The translations under genes were made by a program, and so were the position numbers. A stretch of 64,000 nt of DNA, from contig NC_043006.1 in the NCBI RefSeq assembly GCF_006345805.1, positions 39,494,001-39,558,000 of the forward strand, in the 5' to 3' direction. This document shows, piece by piece, positions 26,402 through 38,640 of this stretch (position 1 is its first letter; each line of letters begins with the position of its first letter). The notes below the pieces were generated by a model. It did no database searches and was not told the DNA's origin. It worked only from the letters and a program-made list of their open reading frames with translations. Source of the stretch: Octopus sinensis. Taxonomy: Eukaryota.

Positions 26402-26685
26402 ATGGCGTAGTGGTTAAGAGCGCGGGCTACTAACCCCAAGATTCGAAGTTCGATTCCAAGCAGTGACCTGAACAACAACAACAATAATAATAATAATAAT
26501 AATAATAACATCGAAAAATACCTTAGGAATGAGAACACAGGTTCGAAATTTCCCCCAAGACACCTGAAGAAAGCTGGAGGGTATATCAGCCGAAACTTTG
26601 TGTTAACAACAAACAAGATGAGGACAAATATCCATCGAATGTAAATAATGTATATAATTCCTCATCTCTTAAATATAGAACTGTG
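26402..26685 (+). mobile_element. tRNA-Ser-like SINE (family D) with internal (AAC/AAT)n and a 3' hammerhead motif
   Basis: Head tggcgtagtggttaag...ct-act-aa...gttcgattcc; flanked by GGGGGACAT / GAGGGACAT and interrupts the CR1 reading frame. Confidence 0.8.
26560..26603 (+). ncRNA. Degenerate minimal hammerhead motif inside SINE D
   Basis: ACAC-CTGAAGA-A-AGCTG-gagggtatat-CAGCC-GAA-ACTT-T-GTGT: canonical core, helix I ACAC/GTGT, one mismatch each in helices II and III. Confidence 0.6.
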
Positions 26686-27123
26686 GAGGGACATGTTCCA
26701 AACTTCGGCACTGGAGGGAGTTTTAATGCACGAACATTTATATATTCTAAGCTTGAAAATATACTACATTCGAAATCATGGGCTAAAATACTCTATTGTA
26801 ACAATCTGATATTTAGTATTCCCTCAAATGTTCAACTACCCATCTAAATTAAAAGAAATATGAAAGAGACTTCTACTGAAACATTAAAAAACCCCTCCCA
26901 AAACTCATTAGATGAACTCTTAACGATACCTTAGAAGTCAACCATTCAAGGACTATGCATTCAGAGAACAGCTGCTAGAAAACTCAAATCATAGAACACC
27001 TTCCAGTCAAGAAGCAACAACAAAACCTAATTGAAAATACATTAAGGCGGTGCTCCAGAATGCCTGCAGTACTATCATTAAAAGGGTGTTAGTACGCGCG
27101 CGCACTCACACACACATGCGCGT

Positions 27124-27161
<38 letters not shown>

Positions 27162-27231
27162 TGTGTCTGCGTGAGCTTGTGTGTGAGCTGATGTGTGATT
27201 CATCTTGTTTCAATATTGTACCAGACAGAAG

Positions 27232-27460
27232 GCGATGAGCTGGCAGATACGTTATCATGCCGGGCGAACGCTTAATGGTATTTCGTCTGCCATTACGTTC
27301 TGAGTTCAAATTCCGCCGAGGTCGACTTAGCCTTTTATCCTCGGGGTCGATAATTTAAGTACCAGTTACGCACTGAGTCGATATAATTGACTTAATCCAT
27401 TTATCTGTCCTTGTTTGTCCACTCTGAGTGTAGCCGCTTGTGGACTGTAAAGAAATAAGA
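27232..27460 (+). mobile_element. SINE family S2
   Basis: gagctggcag...ttacgttctgagttcaaattccgccgaggtcgac...taagtaccagttacgcactg. Confidence 0.9.
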
Positions 27461-27539
27461 AACAGCACCCGGTCTGGGAATCGAAACCGCGATCCTACGA
27501 CCGCGTGTCCGCTGCCCTAACCACTGGGCCATTGCACCT

Positions 27540-27542
<3 letters not shown>
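27460..27542 (-). mobile_element. SINE family S3 tRNA-like head
   Basis: Reverse complement gtggaggtgcaatggcccagtggttagggcagcggac...ggtttcgattcccagaccggg. Confidence 0.8.
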
Positions 27543-27586
<44 letters not shown>

Positions 27587-27855
27587 GATACTATGCATAT
27601 ATTATATGTATATATATATATACATATTATATACATATATATATATACATATTATATATATATATATTATATATATACATATATATATTATATATATATA
27701 CATATTATATATATACACATTAGATATATATATATATATATATAACATATTATATATATATAATTATATATACATTATATATACATATTATATATCTATA
27801 TTATATATATACATATATATATATATATATACATATTATATATCTATATATATAT

Positions 27856-27888
<33 letters not shown>

Positions 27889-27933
27889 ACATATATATAT
27901 ATTCATACATATATATATATATACATACATATA

Positions 27934-28749
27934 TTCAGCCATACTCTCTTCCTTCAGGGGAACCGCTCACAGCCTCTAACAATATCAGAGATCTGAGTGT
28001 AATTGTTGATGACGATCTCAGTTGGAGTGCACACATCAACAATAATGTCGATATAGCTCGTAGGTTGAGTTCCTGGATCTTAAGAACTTTCCGGTCCAGA
28101 GAACAAGGTGTCATCGTACCACTTTTCTCCTCCTTTGTGGCCACACCTCGAATACTGCTGCCCACTGTGGTCTCCCCATACAAGACAAAACATCTCGAGG
28201 ATTGAATCACCCCAGAGGGCTCTCACTAAACAAATTGAAGGCGTGGCTGCTCTCGATTATTGGGACCGCCTTAAAGCCTTGAAACTCTACTCTCTCCAGC
28301 GTCGCCATGAGCGGTACATCATTTGTACGATGTGGAGAATATACCGCCAACTTTGCCCAAACGACCTGAACATTAGCTTCAAGGTTCATCCAAGACTGAG
28401 ACCACGGGCCACACGTCCCCTACCCAATTCAAGATCACAGCATACATGTCCACTGCAACATAATTTACTTTCCTCAACAGGCCCTGCCCTATTTAACATT
28501 GTCCCGAAAGAGAGCAAAGAGGAAAAGGATCCCATTAACTTTAAACGGAGTCTGGATAGATTCCTTCAAGGAATACCAGATAAGCCACCCATAATTGGAT
28601 ACAACTCAACCAACAAAAACTCAATACTTGAATGGACCATAAACAAAGCTTGACTTAAACAGGATTCAGATAATCCTATCAGGTGGTGCTATTAAGTTAG
28701 ACATGGCCTCGACCAGTCTTTGGTCGAAACATAAGTTTTATAAGTTTTA
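27934..28749 (+). mobile_element. CR1-group LINE 3' end, copy 1 (5'-truncated, frameshifted)
   Basis: [18 protein letters not shown]...ILRTF / [12 protein letters not shown]...LKLYSLQRRHERY...FKRSLDRFL, followed by a hairpin 3' UTR. Confidence 0.92.
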
Positions 28750-28760
28750 TATACATACAT

Positions 28761-28819
<59 letters not shown>

Positions 28820-29126
28820 TACATATTATATACATATATATATATACATATTATATATATATATTATATATATACATATATATATTATATATATACATAT
28901 TATATATATACATATTATATATATATATATAATATATACATATTATATATATATATATATTATATATACATTATATATACATATTATATATCTATATATA
29001 TATATACATATATATATATACATATATATATATATGCATATATATATATATACATACATATATACATACATATATATATATACATATATATATATTCATA
29101 CATATATATATATATACATACATATA

Positions 29127-29940
29127 TTCAGCCATACTCTCTTCCTTCAGGGGAACCGCTCACAGCCTCTAACAATATCAGAGATCTGAGTGTAATTGTT
29201 GATGACGATCTCAGTTGGAGTGCACGCATCAACAATAATGTCGATATAGCTCGTAGGTTGAGTTCCTGGATCTTAAGAACTTTCCGGTCCAGAGAACAAG
29301 GTGTCATCGTACCACTTTTCTCCTCCTTTGTGGCCACACCTCGAATACTGCTGCCCACTGTGGTCTCCCCATACAAGACAAAACATCTCGAGGATTGAAT
29401 CACCCCAGAGGGCTCTCACTAAACAAATTGAAGGCATGGCTGCTCTCGATTATTGGGACCGCCTTAAAGCCTTGAAACTCTACTCTCTCCAGCGTCGCCA
29501 TGAGCGGTACATCATTTGTACGATGTGGAGAATATACCGCCAACTTTGCCCAAACGACCTGAACATTAGCTTCAAGGTTCATCCAAGACTGAGACCACGG
29601 GCCACACGTCCCCTACCCAATTCAAGATCACAGCATACATGTCCACTGCAACATAATTTACTTTCCTCAACAGGCCCTGCCCTATTTAACATTGTCCCGA
29701 AAGAGAGCAAAGAGGAAAAGGATCCCATTAACTTAAACGGAGTCTGGATAGATTCCTTCAAGGAATACCAGATAAGCCACCCATAATTGGATACAACTCA
29801 ACCAACAAAAACTCAATACTTGAATGGACCATAACAAAGCTTGACTTAAACAGGATTCAGATAATCCTATCAGGTGGTGCTATTAAGTTAGACATGGCCT
29901 CGACCAGTCTTTGGTCGAAACATAAGTTTTATAAGTTTTA
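29127..29940 (+). mobile_element. CR1-group LINE 3' end, copy 2 (tandem duplicate of 27934-28749)
   Basis: Same truncation point and same frameshift as copy 1; differs by about two substitutions and two 1-bp deletions. Confidence 0.92.
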
Positions 29941-29941
29941 T

Positions 29942-30122
<181 letters not shown>

Positions 30123-30127
30123 CATGC

Positions 30128-30560
30128 AAACTGGGCTTCATGTACCTTTGCATGTCGATTAAGTCCTCCTGCCGAATTTCACTCTCTCCCACATGCCCGA
30201 CAGATATGATTAGTATGGTGTGTTATACCACCACCAGTGGCCAGGTTGTCACTCATCAGTCTCGCTTTATGACTGCGAAGATGACTCTTGAGTCCAGCTT
30301 TACTGAGGCAGGGTTTTGCACTGACATTGCATGTCAGCATCAAAGGAAGACCCTTCCCATCTGGAAGTGTAACAGCGATGCCCTTCCTGACATTCCTCCT
30401 TACTTTCTCATGTGCAACTCGAGATTTCTCAAAAGTGGCTGTCCCCTCGTGCACAATCCTTCTCCACCTTCTACGATCAATAGCTATGCCTTCCCATGTG
30501 TCAGGAGAGATGCAAGCATCTCTTAAGGATGCCTTCAGCAAGTCCTAATACCTCTTTTTG
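30128..30560 (-). mobile_element. RTE-clade LINE 3' end with two C2H2-like motifs
   Basis: LKASL...[18 protein letters not shown]...[21 protein letters not shown]...CRACGRE(C)[13 protein letters not shown] (second motif frameshifted). Confidence 0.85.
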
Positions 30561-30601
30561 GGTTATGTGGACGTCGTTCTTACATACATACATACATACA
30601 A

Positions 30602-30660
<59 letters not shown>

Positions 30661-30928
30661 GTATGTATGTATATATGGAACAAAAACGCAGTATTGGGCA
30701 TTAAAACGTTTGGACATAATTAGAAGGACAGGTAAAAAAAAAAGATAGTTGATTCTTGGTTTTTTTCTTCAGCGAACTCCTAGAAATCACGACCATTTCG
30801 GGCAGTTACACTTGAGATGGTTCAATCTGGTTGCCCTCAAAAATGTCTAATCTAAGAGAATTAGACCCCTTTGTAAGAAAGCGAGCGAAAGTGTACGGCA
30901 ACAAAGACAAAAAAAAAAAAAAACGGAG

Positions 30929-30992
<64 letters not shown>

Positions 30993-31749
30993 CATACATA
31001 AACAGACAGACAGACCGTAGATCGCACTGATCTACGAGAAACTAAACTTTTGAAAGAATGTCTTTCATCTTGTTGAAAATGAATTACAGAATTTTACTAA
31101 AAAGGCTAGATCTCTATAGATTTACGTCTATATAAAGAAAAAATTAAAACATTATATAACTAAAGAAAGTCAACATTATCAAATCTATGATGAGCAACGG
31201 CAAAAATTATCACCACTAATTAACAAATTGTAAGTATTTCGACGACCAATAAATTATTTTCTCTCAATCTCTTACTATCTTCCTTCCGATCGCGTTTTAC
31301 AATGTATATATATATATATACTCGTACGTACATGTATACATATATATATATGCATGTATATTTATGCGTATATAGATATATATATATATATGAATGGTGT
31401 ATGTCTATGTATATTAGTATACATACACACATATGTACTCGTACGTACATGTATACATATATATAGTACACATACACACAGATATATGCATATATATGTA
31501 TATATTTACGTATACATATATATATATGCATGTATATTTATGCGTATATAGATATATATATATACGTATATATACATGCACATATATTTAAATATAATTA
31601 CGATAGAAAGTCTTATACACACATGCATACATATATGCATGCATATACATGTTCATGTATACATACATATATATGTCTGTGTGCGTGCGTGTAAATATAC
31701 ATGCATATTTATACATACATGAATACATATGCATATGTATATATTTATA

Positions 31750-31785
<36 letters not shown>

Positions 31786-32609
31786 TGTATGTATGTATGT
31801 ATGTATGTATGTATGTATGTATGTATGTATGTATGTATGTATGTATGTATGTTTGTATGTATGTATGTTTGAATGTTGATAGGTATTGTTTATCCATTTC
31901 CACATCATAAAATAGCTGACATTTTCACTTTCGTTTATTTCTTAATCTTACTCGGAAACTTGATATTCTGCTATACTCTACTGTACTCTACACATATATC
32001 ACAAAACTCGTCGTATTTTCTCCATGCATCGAAGTGCAATGGTGGCATTGATTTCTTAGCTGAATGTGAGGGACTTTTTACATTCCTTATATCTGGTCGC
32101 CCAATTACACAATGAATAAGAGCGAACCGAAGAATATTTGCGGATTATTTAAGCCTTTGACACAATAAATCCACAATGTAATCCTTCCACTATCCACACA
32201 AACGAACGTCAATAATCATTCGCTGCATTAAATGCGTCGGTATTGTTTTTAATATAAATTGTGCCGTTGCGTAAAGACCAGATTTTGTTGCATGAATGAA
32301 AAACAAAGATTTATATGCTCTCAGCATGGGCGGGTATCACGACGCGTGACTTAATGGAATTTTGTCAATTTAAGCAATAATATATTTACTTTTAGAAGTA
32401 TCATATCAGCAAAACACACGAGTATGCAAAGGTCAATAAATCTGGTGTCTGTTCATTGAAGCGCTGCTTTGTGCTCCAGGTTATGACCTGCACGTTTGTC
32501 TGGATAATATATTTACCTTAACGTGTGACGGACGAGATTGTCATTAACTCACAATTTGTGAAATGATATTAATAAAGAAAATGAAAATATAATAAAGCAG
32601 ATTATTGAA

Positions 32610-32824
32610 TACTCTTTTACTTGTTTCAGTCATTTCACTGCGACCATGCTGGAGCACCGCCTTTAGTCGAGCAAATCGACCCCAGGATTTATTATTTGTA
32701 AGCCTAGTACTTATTATATCGGCCTCTTTTGCCGAACCGATAAGTTACGGGGAAGTAAACACACCAGCATCGGTTGCTAAGTGACGTTGGGGGAACAGAC
32801 ACAGACACACAAACATACCCCCCC

Positions 32825-32899
<75 letters not shown>

Positions 32900-33050
32900 C
32901 ATATATACGACGGGCTTCTTTCAGTTTCCGTCTACCAAATCCACTCACAAGGCTTTGGTCGGCCCGAGACTATAGTAGAAGACACTTGTCCAAGGTACCA
33001 CGCAGTGGGAATGAGCCCAGAACCATGTGGCTGGTAAGCAAGATACATAC
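32610..33050 (-). mobile_element. SINE family S1, full length
   Basis: Same layout as 12420-12847. Confidence 0.92.
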
Positions 33051-33604
33051 TACATGATTCTTGAAGAGGCTATTCGTCAATCTGATATAAGTTTATGATA
33101 TCCTGTTATTTTATTTTAATTTATTTTGCTCGCACCATAGCACAATATAAGTCTTTCGGATGAAGTGAATGTCAAGTAATCAATTCCTGAGGGCAATAGA
33201 GATACATATAGAAAAAGTCTGGGGTTTTTTTACAGTTAAAAAGGCTTTGGGAATTGTAATACTAAACTGAGCTTGTAGATCTTTTACAGCGAGACTGGTT
33301 CAACTCAAACGAGCTTCTGGAAAAAGTACGATAACCAGGGTTCCTTGGGAAAATATTTGCATTGACTTATGGAAGTGTTTTTCTGATGCCATAAAATAAT
33401 TTTTGATCAATTCTCTTTCTAGTGTGCACAGGAAGGGAATGTTTAGCATGTCGTTCTCTAACTGGAATAGGAATCACTACTGAGCATAAACTAAACTAAA
33501 GATAGCAAAGTCTATTCATACTGGTGATTAAATGACGCAAAATATTGAGTTAGAGTTTGTATTATTTTGTTTGCATGAAATGATATTTGCTTATGTTTTA
33601 TCTC

Positions 33605-33855
33605 GTGGAGGCGCATGGTTTAGTGGTTAGAGTATTGAACTCATGATCGAAACGTTGTTGTTTCGATTCCTGGACCGGGCGATGCGTTGTGTTCTCGAGC
33701 AAAACACTTCATTTCACGTTGCTCCAGTCCACTCAGCTGGCAACATGAGTAATCCTGCGACGGATCGGCGTCCCGTCCAGGTGGGGAATTTCTACGCCAC
33801 TGAAACCGGGAAACCGGCCCTAATGAGCCTGACATGGCTCGAGAAGGAACATTTA
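33605..33855 (+). mobile_element. SINE family S3 (tRNA head; central segment resembling V-SINE/Mermaid-type core)
   Basis: gtggaggcgcatggtttagtggttag...tttcgattcctgg...cctgcgacggatcggcgtcccgtccagg; the domain assignment is from recollection. Confidence 0.8.
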
Positions 33856-34932
33856 TGTTTTATCTCAGGATGTTCACTGTACTAATAATAAAAACACACA
33901 CTCGTTCTATTCCACTACTTTATTTAAAATTATATTAAAATGTTAACTAAAAACTGAGTATATCTTTATTTTGGCATAATAATACAATACGTTTCAACCC
34001 TGAGTTCACATTAATAACCCTGCAAACCAAACACAAAATACGAAATAACATTTCGTATTTTGTGTTTACGGTCAAACTTTATTCCCATCTAAATTCAAAG
34101 TGCGTCCCCTCAAAAGTTAGAATACTAAAATTTGTTTCATCTGATATACGTAAACCTATTTAATAAAATAATCTCATGACAGGTTTCCGAATTCATCAAG
34201 CTGTCTATATGTATTGAGTTATTTTCTCTATACGATTCGATTTTGTGCACAAACGCACATCCTGCACAAATACTCTGATAATTAATTTGTTTTTATGTTC
34301 TTCCACACACTTTATATAACGTTTTACGTTATCGTCAGATTCTCTCCTCTTAATAGTAACCACACAAGATATTTCAAATAAATGTTATGATTGCGATCCA
34401 AAAACAATAATGTTTTGTATTAGTGCGTCTGATGATTATTAAATATCCCCTCTGTATGTTTATTGTATGCAGTTTTATATGTTTCATATTTCTTAAACCT
34501 CCGAAAATGAAAAGGAGAAACTCGAACGCACAGCATCTACGCTCTTGTTTAGTATCTAACTCTGGAGACGTGCAGTGACTCGTAATATCATTGGATAGTG
34601 AAGAGCAGGCTCTGCCGACCACGGGTTTCGTGACGCAAGATCCTCTCAAGGGCTCTTTTTCAGAATTTCGGCAGTTGCAGGTGAGAATGTGAGTCACGGA
34701 CTTCGTGGATGTCTGTTGTTTAAATATGACAATCTAACATTAAAATTATGGAAGTTAAAAAGTTTATGGTATCTATGATATGTAGGGAAATGGTGCGTAA
34801 GTTCAGGAAACTCCTGGATATATCAAGAAAAACAACTAAGGTGAATGGCGAATTCATATAGTCTAACATGCCAGTAAATCCATTTCTTGCTAGAACATCG
34901 TTGTGAGGGTTGCTTGCTCTCTGAAATGCCCC

Positions 34933-34997
<65 letters not shown>

Positions 34998-36010
34998 TCC
35001 AAAATAATCGAATATTTATCAATCTTACGCTTGTCTTTCCGAAGTCATGCTCTTGTACAATCACTAAATTTTCCCGGTCCGTATCTAGCAATTTTTATCT
35101 GTACCTCTGTTCTGTTAAACTATTTGTCTTTCTCACACAATTCTTTTAATTTACACTGTTTTAATACCACCTATGTTATTTTATCTTCGTTCTTTCTTTT
35201 GCCCTCAACAATATCTCCCTCATAACGTTTTGTTTCTCTTTTCCATTCACATTACATTGCTCTCCCTTTCATATATTTCAAATCTTTTTCATTTCACCCT
35301 CTTCATTGTCCCAACGTCACACTCCTTCTTCCCCTACTTCTTTCATTCATTCTTTCTCCCTTCCTTTCTTTCTGTTTTCCACTCACAGTCTTTCCTCTTG
35401 ACCCAATTCAGTCAAAGGCACAACGTGATAAAATAAATTTTATACAATATCTAGAGAAATTTTATTGAAAAAATGAGATTCGAAATTTCATTAAAGAAAT
35501 CGATCTGAAGTTATGAAGTTAATTTAATATACGTGCGTCTACAATAAGGGAGATTGGGATAGAGAAAAAAAAAGAAGAGATAAAATATATATGCGTTTGC
35601 TAAGTCGTGTTTGTGTACAAGTGTGTGTGTGTGTGTGTGTGTGTGTTTGTGCATTTAACATAATACAAGCCTCACTCAATCACTCCCCAAGCAACATGCA
35701 TGGTGACTCTATCAATTAATTGCAGCGATTCCACATCAGTAATTCGTATTGTTTAACTTCTTGCAACGCAGCCAATTTCTCCGACTCCCCCCCCCCCCAC
35801 TCTTGTATTAACGGCTTCAGAGCCGATTTTATATAATGCAACCGTTTAATGAACTTAATCTCATCTTGGGCTTACTTCGGCTTACAGTCGAAGTTATAAA
35901 TCTTTCCTTTACCTGAACATATTTGCTAATCGCTAGCGGAACAGCAATTTTCTTACTAGCCTTTATGGTGTTCATGGCGATGATGATGATGATGTTGATA
36001 TTTATTATGA

Positions 36011-36625
36011 AGGCGGCGGGCTGGCAGAAACGTTAGCACGTCGAAATACTTAGCAGTATTTCGTCTGCTGTTACGTTCTGAGTTCAAATTCCGCCGAGGT
36101 CGACTTTGCCTTTCATCCTTTCGGGGTCGATTAAATAAGTACCAGTTACGCACTGGGGTCGATATAATCGACTTAATTCGTTTGTCTGTCCTTGTTTGTC
36201 CCCTCTGTGTTTGGCCCCTTGTGGGTAGTAAAGAAATAGGTATTTCGTCTGTCTTTACATTCTGAGTTAAAATTCCGCCGAGGTAGACTTTGCATTTCAT
36301 CCTTTCGGGGTCGATAAATTAAGTACCAGTTACGCACTGGGTTCGATATAATCGACTTAATCCTATTGTCTGTCTTTGTATGTTCCCTCTATGTTTAGCT
36401 CCTTGTGGGCAATAGAAAAATAAGAAGCTTTAGCACGCCGGGCCAAACGCTGAGCGGTATTTCGTCTATCTTTACGTTCTAAGTTCAAATTCCGCTTAGG
36501 TCGACGTTAACGTTCATCCTTTAGGAGTCGATAAATTAAGTACCAGTTGCGTAGTGGGGGGGGGGATCTAATCGACTAGTCCCCTCCCCCAAAATTTTGG
36601 GCCTTATGCCTAGAGTAGCAAAGGA
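36011..36625 (+). mobile_element. Three head-to-tail SINE S2 units
   Basis: tacgttctgagttcaaattccgcc...gtcgataaattaagtaccagtt recurs at about 36070, 36255 and 36475. Confidence 0.88.
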
Positions 36626-36989
36626 TATTATTTATTATGATGTTGCTGAAAAGGAAGATTATGGTGATGTGGATGATAAGAACGAGGATGATAATGATTT
36701 TCAATATGATGATGACGATGACAACGACGACACCGACTTCAATGGCACAAATAAAATTCAATTCCTTATGATCCTGACCTCGCAGATTTAATATAATAGA
36801 TGTCATGTAGTATCTTACATGTGGTATAATATAATACACGCTGTGTTATATACAGCGAATATTTGTAATCTTATCTTCAGTTTGACTTGTATACTTTCTC
36901 ATTCAATTATCCGCAAAAGCTACGATGTCAGATGTAGCGATCAGCTACACTGAACAAAATGCTTTATATTTTACAAAGGCGTAAGGGTT

Positions 36990-37735
36990 GAGAACTGGTT
37001 GAATCGTTAGCACACCAAGTGATATGCTTAGTGGCATTTTGTCCGTCTTTACGCTCAGAGTTCAAATTCCGCAGACATCGACTTGCCTTTCATCTCTCCG
37101 AAATCGATAAATTAACCCACCGCCTGCCATGAGCCCCATTATGGGGATCTGCTAAAAACAGTCTCACTGCCGGTTGTTCGTTGTATTTAAAATGAATTGC
37201 TTATGTACATTGCAATTTTAAAGGTGTGTTTAACAATATTTACTAATTAAAGTTTCTCATTATTAGCTCTGGCTAATTCTAGAGGACATTTTATGTCATA
37301 AATCGCAATTTTTGAACTTCAAAAATATTGACTGTTTTGAAAACGATGTTTTTTTTTTTGTTTTGTTTTTTGCATTTCCCATATCTATCATTCATTGATA
37401 TTTCTTACACATTCGCATTTGATACTATAGTTTCAAAAAGACTAATGTTTATTATTGCAACTGAATAGAAAAGAATATACCTTTTTTTTTCAGCGATCCC
37501 CATTTGGAACTTTTCGAAAAATTTATTGTAATTTACAAAATAATTCCTATATGAAGGAAATTTAAATACTATATATTACTTTAACTCCCAAGACACCTGG
37601 CAAAACCAAAAAGTATGAATAGAAAAATTGGCAATTAATGGGTTAAGAACCAGCTGAGCAGTGGGATCGATGTAATTGACTTGTATCTTCTCCGAAGTTG
37701 CTGGCCTTGTGCCAAAATTTGAAGCCAACGGCGGT
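36990..37735 (+). mobile_element. SINE S2 split by a piggyBac-like insertion
   Basis: S2 stops at gataaa|TTAA (37115) and resumes at TTAA|gaaccagctgagcagtgggatcgatgtaattgac (37643). Confidence 0.85.
37116..37642. mobile_element. piggyBac-like non-autonomous element (527 bp)
   Basis: TTAA duplicated at 37112-37115 and 37643-37646; CCC...GGG termini; imperfect TIRs CCCACCGCCTGCC / GGCAATTAATGGG. Confidence 0.8.
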
Positions 37736-37823
37736 ACGGCAGTAGGTTGGTTGAATCACTATGCATGCCGGGAATGCTGAAATTGCCCTGTCTTCTTCCA
37801 AAATGGAAACTTATATCTTATAA

Positions 37824-37959
37824 CAGTGGTTCCCAACCAGGGGTCCGCAAAGGTAGTACTGGGAGTCCGAAAACTGAATTCAAAAAATCATATATATATA
37901 AGGATAAGCATATTAAAATGTGTTCGTGGAAAAACTCCTTTAAGGGTTGAGATCCGCTG
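37824..37959. mobile_element. hAT-type MITE (136 bp)
   Basis: TIRs CAGTGGTTCCCAACC / GGTTGAGATCCGCTG; 8-bp TSD tcttataa / ttttataa (7/8). Confidence 0.82.
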
Positions 37960-38339
37960 TTTTATAACGACGTTAGCGCTGCTGTTCCACGATTCAGAAT
38001 TTGTTTCTTACCCCTAGTCTTTTAACCATTGTATTAAGAATGCTTCTTTTATTCGGCTGGTCTGGAGAAAGTGGCTTTACTATATAATTTGAGGTTCTTT
38101 CCATTTAATTCTTTAGTTCTTTAATTTGCGGTTCTTGCTATTTACTTTGCGTTTCCAACTAAGCATTTCGCCCGGCGTACTGACGTTTCTGCCAGCTCGC
38201 TGCCTTAGTCGACCGATGTTTCTGCATATGTAATATGTAGATCTGGACAAGAGTATTTGATAAAAAATTTATTGTAGCCCATATATGCAAGCATCCTCTT
38301 TACACGTCACCAATGTTTATCCATGTGAAGGAACGTGGC

Positions 38340-38640
38340 CTAGTTCTTTTACTCGTTTTACTCTTTTACTTGTTTCAGTCATTTGACTGTGGCCATACTG
38401 GAGCACCGCCTTTAGTCGAGCAAATCGATCCCAGGACTTATTCTTATTTTGGCAGAAGGTACTAGTAGATTACGTTGATTCCAGTGTTCAACAGGTTCTT
38501 AATTTATCGACTCGGAAAGGGTGAAAGTCGAAGTCGACCTCGGTGGAATATGAACTCAGAACATAAAGACGGACGGAATGACACAAAGCATTTTGCCCCG
38601 CGTGCTAATGATCCTGCCAGCACGCCGCCTTTTCCTGCGC
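38340..38640 (-). mobile_element. Partial SINE S1 tail abutting a SINE S2 copy
   Basis: S1 tail at 38345-38450; S2 core gtcgacctcggtggaatatgaactcagaac at 38530-38560. Confidence 0.8.

Larger units (their letters stand above)
25860..27070 (+). mobile_element. CR1-group LINE 3' fragment, decayed, interrupted by a SINE
   Basis: IQDLGVIMSND...SKLIGCILRTFMTREP and IWKIF(E)GHVPNFG motifs; ends in ggcggtgctccagaatgcctgcag. Confidence 0.85.

Noticed and set aside
26398-26470. tRNA-Ser-like sequence as a tRNA gene
   Set aside because: Acceptor and anticodon stems do not pair fully; it is the head of a SINE.
34310-34340. Minus-strand CTGACGA followed by TAACG/CGTTA hairpin
   Set aside because: Followed by TATA instead of GAAA; no helix III.
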